DNA of 64,000 nt from Mytilus edulis (taxonomy: Eukaryota). The DNA lies in contig NC_092348.1 in assembly GCF_963676685.1 (NCBI RefSeq), positions 59,830,001 through 59,894,000 of the forward strand. The letters are read 5' to 3'. A program made the translations under genes and the position numbers. The stretch's first letter is position 1, and the number at the start of each line of letters is the position of its first letter. The notes under the pieces were generated by a model. That model searched no databases. It saw only the letters and a list, made by a program, of their open reading frames with translations, and was not told the origin of the DNA. Shown here piece by piece: positions 37,946-49,386 of this stretch.

Positions 37946-39541
37946 TTGATACAACAAATTCTGATATAAAGTTATCAATCACGACCACGGCCGACACTCG
38001 GCTAACCGAGAGATAGGTCGGTTAATCTATATTGAGTATGCGGCTATATCGGCGGTTGGTCTGTTAATCGGGTTGGTTATACGTCTGTTAAGAGTAAAAC
38101 GCACAATTTTAATATTAAAATCTATTTAATATACAGATTTTAGGTACATTATAAGAATCAAATCAAAAAAAGAAAAGTGTCTGACAAAATGATATTTATC
38201 ATAGAACATTTTCCAACTGTAAAAACATTTCATAGTCTGCGCAATTTTCAGTAAAACTAAAAGGCGTCGCGCAAGTATGTAGTATTTATGCTTATACGCA
38301 TAGCAATTTTTGTAATGAAAGGCGAAAAAAACAATTTTAGATATCATTTAAAGGACACAAAATCGTACTTTGGTTCTAAAATATGAATTGGAATTAGTAA
38401 ATATTTCATAATTGTAATATAACGTGAGTAATACCACGTTTTAGTGAATATTATGGGAATAAAGTCTGTTAATGGGTTGGACAATTGAAATTGTGTCAGT
38501 TAAGAGTTATTTAGCCACGGCAATTGTTGTGTTACCTTTATATTTTCCCTTTGAAAAAGTTAAGAATGAGATGCTCTTGAGTAAAATGACAATACGCTGC
38601 AACAGTATCCTTCTAGTAAGAACATTTTGATTTTGACTTCCTTTGCATTTTATTAAGGGGTGTGTCACTTCAATATATGGATATGGATTGCCTGCTGGAA
38701 TATGCATGAATCTATTATTAACGTTTTCTTCAGCCTTAATTTTTGTGTCTGTTCAAAGTAGCACGTTCTCAAATCCGTCCGAAAGTGTCTTTCTAATACA
38801 ACACAGGGTACATATAACGTGTTGTCGTTCTCATATGCACATGATATTTGTCACTGGACGTTAAACTCTAAATCGTCAACATCATCCGATTGGTTCTTTT
38901 CTTCTATTACTGAATCATCTGTTGTTTACAAATCAGTCTAAAGAAGTAAATGGAAAGGAGCGAATGCAGCTACATTTGGTTATCTTAAGTTTTAATTAAT
39001 TTTATTCCGTTTAATTCCTTTCTACATAAGTACAGAGGAGAACTGCAGTTGTCTGCATGTAAACTTTTAGCATTTATTACCAATATGAGTACATAGCAAT
39101 CCGTTACTGTTTCAACACCCAGGGGTGTTTCATGTCTTTATTCTCAAACAGTTATTATTTTTTTCTATCTTTTTTTATTAATGCATCACTTCCTACTGTC
39201 CTTTTCTATTATTCTATATATATTCTGTGTTTCCAATCAGATTCTCGTGTATACAATGAGGGTCCGGATTGGGGGTGCTGTTTATTTCTATATTCTTTAA
39301 ATTGTCTGTTACTTTTCTCTACATTTTATTTTTATCTTACTCATTATTATTTCTTTATTCTTTATATATTCTAGCATCCCAATATATTTTACTTACTGAT
39401 GTTTAGTTACATTACGACGTTTATCTCTGATTTATATACTGGTTAATACCAATTTAGATACAAATGAGTGTCATTCATGACAACCTTAACAGAATCCACA
39501 TGATATATGCGACCATTCTTGGATGAAATCAATATGTATAG

Positions 39542-39674
39542 ATTATAACATGCCCTTTTCTATGTTAGCCCTGGTATCATCCTGAGACTCCCATATCGGC
39601 CTCGAGGCTTTAGCCGAGGGCCGATATGGGTCGAGGGATGATACCAGGGCAAATATGGAAAAATATGTTATAAT
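39542..39674. repeat. Long hairpin with a CGAG-stem-loop-CGAG tip
   Basis: gccctggtatcatcc..cccatatcggcct cgag gc ttta gc cgag ggccgatatggg..ggatgataccagggc. Confidence 0.8.
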
Positions 39675-39807
39675 TTTTAAGCTATTTTTCACATATTTAA
39701 GTGTTGCATAAAAGAGGGAAAAAAGTTCAATTATAACAATTTAATGAAACATAACAGGTAAATCTTAAAAAATTATCCGTATCCGTAACAAATATGTGAT
39801 AAGATAT

Positions 39808-40663
39808 AAATAACACATAGCTGAGAGGGTGATAGAGCAGATTGGGTCCCGAGAAAACATTGTCAACCGCGGCGAAGCCAAGGTTAACAATGTTTTTTTC
39901 GAGGGATACCGATCTGCTCTATCACCCTCTCAGCTATGTGATATTTGATTTATTATAATGAATGTCCTATCATCATTTTCTTTAACAGATGAGTTTTATT
40001 ATAAAGTATTTTCTATGTAGTCACGTACTTGACAGCGTAACGGGTATTTGAAAAATCATCAGAAGTGAAAAAAATAGACAATAGTAGTGCATTAACTTGA
40101 CATTTAAACGATACAACTTGAAGGATTAGGCCCGAAACGAGATAAAAGCTCTGCTATCAAGAAAAAAAATATTTTCAATTGTTGTTATTTTGTTATTGTT
40201 ATTTATTTTATTTAAATTTTGGGTAAATACCCCTTTCAAAAGGCCTCATATCTGGCTGAGAAATATACATCACAATGAACATGATGAAATGTACATCACC
40301 AGTTGAAACCCATCGATGGTGAACGAATGCGTTTAATATCAACAATAAGCATAACACACAATGATTTATAGGTTTTAAAATAAAAATATTAACAAGTGAA
40401 ATACGTTTTTCCAACAATTGTAAAAGAAATAAGTTTGAGTCGTTCCACGCTTCGTTGTATAGTAAATTAGAACTTTAAGAATTGTCTATAAAATAACTTG
40501 ATGTAGATTCAATTCATTGTCGTTTAAACTGCCGATTTTTGATTGGTCTAGCCGAGAGGGTGACATTCTAAAAAATTGTCACCCGCTCAGCCATGTGATA
40601 GAGTAAATTAACACCTTCGTATTAGGCAATCAAAATATGGCATTTTAACATGATGTATAATAA
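39808..40663. mobile_element. Hairpin-ended non-autonomous element
   Basis: Palindrome 39808-39946 with a gcgaagc tip; body bounded by ttattata (39950) and tataataa (40656). A related fragment lies at ~62865-62935. Confidence 0.6.
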
Positions 40664-40743
40664 TACTTTGATATTACACTTTTTTATATCAGTTTTCAAT
40701 ATTCATGCCCTAAATTCATTGTTCATGTCAGTGTTTCCGTATT

Positions 40744-41128
40744 AATTACACCTTATGTAAGAATCCGGGGTTTTGATTGGTTAATAGCCAGTGTATTTTT
40801 CACCAATTTACTGTTATCAAATGAATATCGTTCATTTTTAACGCCGCCGGGGTATTTGCTAAAAGGATATGCCTTTTTTACCCTCTCTGCCGTGGTATTT
40901 GCCAAAAAATACTCTATCCGACTGGACGCTTGTAACGTCACGATCATCAATGCGTTTTAGTACATTAACATTCGGTGTAATTAAACAGATATATCATGTT
41001 ATTGAGGGGTATTTGCGAAAAATACCAGTCTTGAGAATGAATTTCCCTCGCCTTACGGCTCGTGAAATTTAACATTCTCTCGACTGGTATTTTTCGCAAA
41101 TACCCCTCCTTAACATGATATATCTGTT
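40744..41128. mobile_element. Hairpin-ended non-autonomous element, opposite orientation
   Basis: Body bounded by taattacacc / ggtgtaatta (~40744-40983), then a 145-bp palindrome 40984-41128 whose tip reads cgag-cc-gtaa-gg-cgag on the minus strand. Confidence 0.65.
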
Positions 41129-42109
41129 CAATATTATGTTTCATTGCTCATGTGTTGTTTCCGTATATTTTAGCCACTCGTCTTGAGCCTACCCATTTGA
41201 TCCGATAACACCCCATACAGCAATAAAATTATACTTTTATTGCCATTCATAACTCTTAACAGACCAATTAACAGACCGGGTTTTATACATCCGACCCATT
41301 AACAGACCAGGTTTTAAATAAAGATTTATTTATGTCACCAAAATACAGATTTTTGTGTAGATTTTTCACACAATGATATCAATTTGGTTGACATACATAA
41401 TGCCTGTCTTTGTTCGATGTTCAAAATATCGCATGCAAGTAAATTCAACCAACGTGTCTTTTTGTGTACATTTTGTGTGTGTAAAATGTGTATAAATTTA
41501 TTGATGAGTAACACGCCTTTTCATTTTATAGATCGTACATCGAAGCTAGAAAAATAAAAATTACACCACTGGATTCAGTACATTGAATTGTTTTGTTAGA
41601 CATGAATAATTTTTATGATACACATATATTTAAAAAGTTATACAATGAAACATGCAGAATTTCCAATGATTTCCTCGATAACACCTGATTAACAGACTTT
41701 AGCCAACCCGATTAACAGACCCACCGCCGATATAGCCACATACTCAATATAGATTAACCGACCAATCTCTCGGTTAGCCGAGTGTCGGTCGTGACGACGG
41801 TAAGTGATTTGGTGTGATTTTTTCCTTGGAGATAAAATTATTTAATCCTAATCACTCATTTTAAGTTTATCTACCTCTATATGCACCCAAGAAAAAAGTG
41901 CTAGTGTTTAATATCAAAAACAAATATAGAAATATGGAATTAGATAACCAAAATATACTTTTATTAATTTAATGATGCCAAATTTGACAACGGATGCGAT
42001 ATATTTTTATTTCCTTACAGGTCGTTCTGAGATTTGAAAAATAGCACGTTTCCGAATCTGTCAGTGTTTACCTTGACCTTTAAGACGAAATGTTATTAAG
42101 ATCTGAAAG

Positions 42110-42117
42110 TATATAAA
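42110..42117 (+). promoter_or_regulatory. Candidate TATA box of SLC34 copy B
   Basis: TATATAAA about 70 nt upstream of the ATG at 42187; weak evidence in AT-rich DNA. Confidence 0.35.
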
Positions 42118-42186
42118 CAGTCAATTCAGTTATAAATATGCATTTCCAAAAAGGAAGTTTCTTGTTAAGCAAGAAGAACGACAATA

Positions 42187-45100
42187 ATGGATTACGAAAT
42201 AAAACAGGTAACTAGATTTTTTTATTTTAATCTTTTGCTATGATCTAGAATTACATAAGACATATGCATATAATAATTAAAAAAGAAGGTACGGTATGCA
42301 TCATGCCAATGAGACAACTCTCCACAAGAGAACAAATGACACAGCAATTAACAGCTAAAGGTCACCGTCAGTCTGTTTGTAAAAGAAATGAGAAAATAAG
42401 ACGATAGTTAAATTATATATCAATAAAACAAGCTTTTCATCGGACATATATTCGTCCTTTCTAGAGTATATTTAGGAAGAATTTAGTAATGTGCACGTGT
42501 ATCATTATGATAGACGTATTATTCGTCTGTTCAAACATTGTCCTTATTTTTTTATTGTCTACTCATCACTGCTCATGATTGTCTGTATTTGATTTCTTTT
42601 GGCCATGGAATTGTAAATTTACTTAATTTTCAAATCTTTGTATTAACACATATATGACCATGAAAAGAAGTTTACGAGAAAAAAAATCAATTTAAGGTTC
42701 CAAAGGTAGTTGTAGAGGTAGATTCAAATGGGAATGTGTCAGATGAAACAAAGGAAGAACATATTGACCCTTGGGCTGTCAGTACTAAAGAAACCGATGA
42801 TGGACCAGAATGGAAAGGTCAGTGCTTTATTTTCAGTCAGAATACCTCTATACATATTTAGTGTAATTTCTTTAAACTTGTTTAAACACATTGTACCTTT
42901 GAGAATTGAAGGGGTTATTATTATTGTTTGCTAACATAATCAACCAGTAAAGGAAAATAACAAGTTATGATGTGGTGCGTCCAAATCGCTTTTCATCAAC
43001 AAATAAAGATCAGAAATGTTTATAAATATGTATGCTTATACTGTGCTAAGAGTTGAACTTTGACAGTATTATTTATTGTTTTAGATATGACAGGCAAAGA
43101 CAGGACAATTTACCTCATGACCGTCTTGATCAAAATTGCATTCATTTTTGGATTTTTATACCTATTTATTTGTGCACTTGGTTTCCTTGGAGATGCATTT
43201 CAGTTAGTTGGAGGTATGTCATGCATGTACATGCATGCGTAAAATATTTTTTAATTTAGAATTTTAGTAAAATGCATTACTAGTTTATATTTATATATAG
43301 CTCTTATATCATTTATTGTTCCACATCAATTTTCTGTACATTTTAATTTTCACAACCAATTGTGATAAAGTATCTTCTATTTGAAAATATATAATTTGAG
43401 ACCTTTTACAACATCATATAATAAACTGTTGAGTATATGATATATAAGATCTTTAATATATTGCAGGGAAAACAGCAGGAAAGGTTTTCAGAGAGAACAA
43501 AATTCTTACCAACCCAGTAGCTGGTTTGATGATGGGAGTTCTGGTTACTGTTTTGTTACAGAGTTCATCCACTACAACGTCCATTATTATTACTATGGTA
43601 GGATCTGATAGTAAGTTTTGTTAAGGTTCTAAATAACACGATCATTACTTTTAAAATCATTCTGAATGTTCAAAGTCCTACAAAGTAAAATAACAAAAAT
43701 ATCGAACTTCGAGGAAAATTCTAAACCGAAAGTCCCAAATCAAATGGTAAAATCAAAGCTTAAACACATCAAACGAATGGATCATATCAACTGTCATATT
43801 CCTGACTAGGTTAAGGCATTCTCTTGTCTATAAAATGGTGGATTGTACCTTGTTTTATAGCTAGCTGAGAAAAGAAAGAACGAAAGAAAGTTTTCCTTGT
43901 GCAGGATAAAAACATTTTTGATTGACTTGTTTGATGCAAGCCATTAAACGTTTGCGTTGAAATGGAATATGGTCGATATGGCCATTTCATGTAAAGTTAC
44001 TGTTTATGAAATTTAAGAATTGCCTGAAATGATTTTCTTTTATTTCCGTAGACATAGATAGTTGTATTAGGCACAACTTCTTTTTTGAATTGGATTCTTA
44101 ACTGTTTCGGACGACATTAATAAATCTGATGTAGATAAAATGATTGTCAGATGTACCACATTATAATACTAATATCTACAGTTAAAATATACATGAAAGT
44201 TCAAACATAGGAACTTTAAACTTAATCTTTTCAGGCTCTGTATAAAATGCTTGCCATGGCAATTCAGTAAGAATTCATGTATTGCATTTTAGTTATTCCA
44301 ATTAAGACTGCAATTCCTATGGTAATGGGAGCCAATATTGGAACCTCAGTTACAAATACCATAGTTTCATTGACCCAGTCCGGAGATCGAGAGGAGTTCC
44401 GGAAGGCGTTTGGTGGCGCTACAGTACACGACATGTTTAATTGGTTGTCTGTAATAATCCTTCTACCAATAGAAATAGCGTTTCATTATTTATATCACCT
44501 GACAAGCACCATTGTTGGAAGTTTACATTTAACAGAATCTGGAAAGAAAAAAGACATGTTGAAAATTATAACAAGACCGTTTACAGAGGTCATTGTTAAG
44601 GTAATATCATGATACAGATTGTCCTTAACAAGCATCAAATATTTTCCACTGGAAATTCAGCAATCAACAATCAATAAATCATCATTTATATTAAAATTTG
44701 AATAAGAAAGAAATTATATTTACGTATTATATATCTAGGATTGATTTTGTTTGCTAATCTTCCAGTGGAAGTATTTAATGCGTTTCCAGGACTAAAACAA
44801 TTGAGCAATGCCTGTAAAAGTTAGGTTCTCTGATGTGGGATTCCCAGAAAATAGGGCTAGAAATTCAGACGGTAACTGTAAAAATAAGTATTTTGCATCA
44901 ATTATCCGATCTTTTATTGTTCAACAATCGTTTACCGATGTTCAAATTCATCATTCAGTTAATAAGAAGGATAGAGTTTATAAACAAAATCTGGTGGAAT
45001 CGCATGAACCCAAATATAATATTATAAGTGCTTCGGCAGGTTCAGAGTCCCCTGATATGCATACAGACTATCAAATTGGTTGAACTGTCGCAACATTTGT

Positions 45101-48100
45101 GTAGAGTTGATTTCAGTTCTTCTTCGTCAAACATCAATTGGAGAAGTTTTGTGTTAGGAGCACACCACTGCTGATGATTTCCGCCCCATGAACGTGCATG
45201 AGCGTAATGTATCGATTTAATAAATAACAGGTTTTACTTTTCCAGGTAAACAAACATGTAATCACAGACATTGCATTGAATGAAAATGGCGCATCAGACC
45301 GTTCGGTGTTACATCGTTGGTGCAAACAGATTAAGCAGCCCTTCAATACCACGATAGACCATCATAGTATTTACAGTAAGTGTATTTATTCTGTTTCTTT
45401 CAGTTAGTGTTATAACTAAAAGCTAATTTAACCCTAAAATATCTTCTCAACTATAACCAAGAATTGTATATACGGAGCTCACGCACATATAAAAATGAGC
45501 GTGTTCACATTAAAAATAACAATCAACCAGATAATTGATATTTATCAGTATTTCTTGAATATAATTTTATCATCGTTGTTATTTTTTGAGAAGAGTGAAA
45601 AGGTACAGATAGTTTCAATAAATAAATTGGCCCTCGAAGCTTCTTGTGATTACTTTGACAGTTTTACAAATGCTACTTTAATGAGTGTCTGGATTGAGTT
45701 TATAGAAATGATAATAATGTAATAAATATATAAAGACTGAAAAATGGCCAAATAAGAAGACAAATATTAAAGGATTCTTAAAAAAAAAGTTGAAAAGAAA
45801 TAAAGAAAAGAGAATAATTGGCAAACGAAATGAAAAAAAATGATGATAATAGAGGGGGAGGACAGGGGTAAGGGAGACAGGAGAAAGGGGTATGAGAAAG
45901 GGGAAAGGGGGTAGGAGAAAGGAGAGGAAGGCTGGGAGAAAGGAGAAAAAGTTGGAGAAAGGAGAACAAATAAAATATCTCTCCTTTTAAAAAAATTTCT
46001 AATATTTCAAGAAAAAATATCTCAAATCAGATGTTTTATTCTAATGGGAGAAAGGATAACGGGGTAGGAGAAAGGAGAAGAGGGATGGGAGAAGGGTACC
46101 CCCTGTCCTCCCCCTCATAATAGCATAAAAAGTAAGAATACAGAAATGAGGACTCCTTCCAGACACCATTAAGTTTTTGAAATATATTTGTCTTATTTGT
46201 TGCTGTATGTGTTTTTGTTTTATTGAGACTTTACAATTATTTTCAGATTCAACAATAGTTCGTCAGTTGAAAAGACAAGATATTAATTATACTTTAGAAG
46301 GCTTTAACACAAACAATTCTTTTATCGATTGGAAAAGTGACGAGACACTAATGAAGACAATCAACGTAGAAAGATGTAAGTTTCAACTTTAAAGAAATGT
46401 ATGACACGTGTATTATCTAGAGAAATTGACAACGTCGTCACAGATAAAATTGCGATAAACAGATTATCATTGGTCATCTCAACTCGATTGCTTTTCTAAC
46501 TTTCGACGATCCGGATCATGCGAGAAAATCAATCTTGTTGAAATGCTCATCGATAATCTATAAGTACAAAAACACAAGAACCCTACCAAAAACCGGGGAT
46601 GATCTGTGGAGTTCTGGCAGAGTAAAAAGATCCTGCTTTACATGTGGCACCCGTCGTGTTACTTATGTTAGAACAAACTGGGTGAATAGTATAAACTTGT
46701 TGGGTTATATTTATGGACGTAGCTACACTTGGAACATTTCCGGCATCATTTTTCTCATTTTACTCTAAATTGTTTGACTTAATATGAAAAATGAGATATG
46801 GTATGATTGCAAATGAGACATCTTATCACCCGAGTAAAACACAATACCGTATGGTTAGTAATAAAAGGCCCCGACATCAAAATGTGAAATAGTTCAAACG
46901 GGGAAGCTAACTGATTAATTCATAACATTCAATATATGCGAACTAGCCTGTTGTTATGGTCACAATATAAACTGTAAACTCATAGCATTGACAGTATTAT
47001 AAAACATTGTCAAATAAAACATCTGAGGTACCATATTTTATACACAATTGTATGTACAATCTGGACGAAACACGTATCAGTTTTGAAAATGATCTCATTT
47101 TCAATATTATGTTTCATTTTATGGTAAAGCAAAGTTTTTACATAACTGAGATGTACTGAACTACTGATAATATTCAACATCTCCTTGAGTTAAGTTAAGT
47201 TTGTTTTCGGTTTTGTTTTTATCCATCTAGAATGACGGTTTTTGAAATAATTTCTATTGTTTGTCAGAAATGCTATTATTTTTGTAGGTGACAATTTGTT
47301 TGCCAAAACAGACTTGTCTGATTCCACTATCGGAATACTTCTTTTGCTTATTTCCCTTGGATTAATCGTGATATCTCTGATCCTTATGGTGAAACTGCTT
47401 AATTCACTCCTAAAGGGCTCAGTTGCTAAAATTGTCAAGAAGATCATCAACTCAGATTTCCCTGGAGCGTTTAAACATCTGACAGGATATGTTGCAATAA
47501 TCGTTGGAACAGGTTTGTTATGATAATTCCTTTCTCTATTAGTATTTATATATTTATGTCTATTTTCTCCGCCATTAGAAGACACATATACAAACATTAT
47601 ATAACTGCACGCGTTTGTAAAAATGTGTTTTTTTTTCTTATAACCATAGAAAATTTTAACTTGAGAATTTGCTTTAACCTGTACGATGTATCTAGTTTAT
47701 TATTAAAGACCGAATATTTATATAAGCTTTTTTCGTAGTTGTCAATAGTTTTTCTGGACGCAAACAAAAACCATAAAGAAAACATGATAAAACATAAACA
47801 AACATTCATGGGATTTGTAAAAAATGTGAACAAAACAGGGTGTCTACAATACTTTAACAAGATACACCATGGACCTTTTCAAAATTTATCTGCTAATGCT
47901 TGGAATTATCAAATTTGGTCAGTTTTTTCATCATGTTATTTTTCACTCCAACTTAATCTTGATATTCCTTTTTTCAGGAATGACGATTCTTGTCCAGAGT
48001 AGTTCTGTATTCACGTCAACGTTAACTCCTTTAGTTGGAGTAGGAGTTGTTAGCCTTGACAGGATGTACCCTCTGACTCTTGGTTCAAACATTGGAACTT

Positions 48101-48651
48101 GTATTACTGGAATACTTGCTGCGCTTGCAAGTCCAGCAAAGGCTATACCGCACGCACTACAGATTGCACTGTGTCATTTATTTTTTAATCTCTCGGGAAT
48201 ACTTTTGTTTTATCCTATACCCATTACAAGAAAAGCGCCAATCAACCTTGCAAAAAAGCTTGGAAATATCACTGCAAAATATCGTTGGTTCTCTGTCGTA
48301 TATTTAATTATGATGTTCTTGGCTCTTCCGGGCTTCATTTTTGGACTATCTCTCGCAGGAACGTTACCATTTGCTATTATTGGCTCAATAATGTTATTTC
48401 TTATACTTTGTATTTGTATAATTAACTGTTGCCAATCAAAATGCAACAATTGTTTGCCGTCAATTTTGAAAAATTGGAACTTTTTGCCGTTGTGCTGCCA
48501 TTCTTTTAAACCATTAGACAAAGTGATAAGAATAGTTTTTGGAGTATGTAGATGTTGTAAAAAAGAAATAGAAAATACAGTTTCTAAAAAAGAAGATGAT
48601 CCAACCTTTTCTGATCACAGTTATGACAACACAGCATTTACAGTATTGTAG
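42187..48651 (+). CDS. SLC34A2: Sodium-dependent phosphate transport protein 2 (SLC34/NaPi-IIb-like), copy B, intact, about 626 aa
   Basis: Exons 42187-42207, 42697-42817, 43085-43213, 43467-43610, 44293-44600, 45246-45375, 46247-46375, 47288-47512, 47978-48651 (1881 nt, open). Intron phases match copy A and most exon sizes are the same (129, 144, 308, 130, 225). It has two QSSS motifs, [22 protein letters not shown] and a C-terminal TVL. Confidence 0.93.
45852..46116. mobile_element. Purine-rich MITE in an intron of copy B
   Basis: TIR gagggggaggacaggggta / tacccctgtcctccccctc; ataata on both flanks; internal ggagaaagg repeats. Confidence 0.8.
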
Positions 48652-48893
48652 AATAAGCAGGACTTATATATATCATGTGATGCTCTGAAATTAAATCTGT
48701 TTAAGAACGGTTTACATGACAGACGTGACGGAAATTCGTTGAACACCAACAGTCAGTCATACAGTACGTTGTTCACTCGATTCCTTTCCACATGAATGAG
48801 ATTCATGTAGGCAGCTATAAATCTCGATATGAACTCGTTACTTCTAAGTAGTATGATGGCGTTGTGTTAAAGACAATGTCTGCATTTATTAAC

Positions 48894-48993
48894 NNNNNNN
48901 NNNNNNNNNNNNNNNNNNNNNNNNNNNNNNNNNNNNNNNNNNNNNNNNNNNNNNNNNNNNNNNNNNNNNNNNNNNNNNNNNNNNNNNNNNNNN
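48894..48993. other. Assembly gap (100 N)
   Basis: Run of exactly 100 N, a typical placeholder for a scaffold join of unknown size. Confidence 0.99.
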
Positions 48994-49342
48994 CAAAATC
49001 TAGTTCAGAATTCAAATTCAGAAGAGATATTGATTGTCGATATTAATATCTGGGCAGAACAATTGTTACCGTTTATGTTGTTGTTAACTTCTACTTCATT
49101 TTCTCTAGTGGATAATTGTCTCATTGACGTTCATACCACATCTTCTTACTTTTAAGGTAGTTTATGCACTGTAATATTATTTCATCAGTTTCGATACTGG
49201 ATTCACTAAAAACTCTGCCAATAATTAACCCAATTCAACATGTAATAATCTTAGCTATACTTTGCAAAGCCTTTCAAAATATTTTGCCCCAATGCTCTTC
49301 AAATTCGTACTTTACTTGGCCTTTAAAACTTTTATGATTAGA

Positions 49343-49386
49343 ATGTCACTGGTGAGTCTTTTGAAGACGAAACGCGCGTCTGGCGT
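49343..49386 (+). ncRNA. Hammerhead ribozyme motif with an A6G core change, probably impaired
   Basis: AUGUCA-CUGGUGA-GUCUU(UUG)AAGAC-GAAAC-GCGC-GUC^UGGCGU within a repeat copy at ~49285-49545. Confidence 0.6.

Larger units (their letters stand above)
37986..41793. mobile_element. Non-autonomous DNA transposon with CAC...GTG termini and a 5-bp TSD (Transib/RAG-like superfamily by terminal signature)
   Basis: ~107-bp TIRs cacggccgacactcggctaaccgagaga... / ...tctctcggttagccgagtgtcggtcgtg; exact TSD ACGAC at 37981-37985 and 41794-41798; repeated ttaacagac motifs; nested insertions; no transposase ORF. Confidence 0.8.

Noticed and set aside
38507-38780. Minus-strand coding-like stretch inside the Transib-like element
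   Set aside because: Interrupted by stops, with no recognisable RAG1/Transib motif.
48815-49046. ORFs spanning the N run
   Set aside because: Artefacts of the assembly gap.
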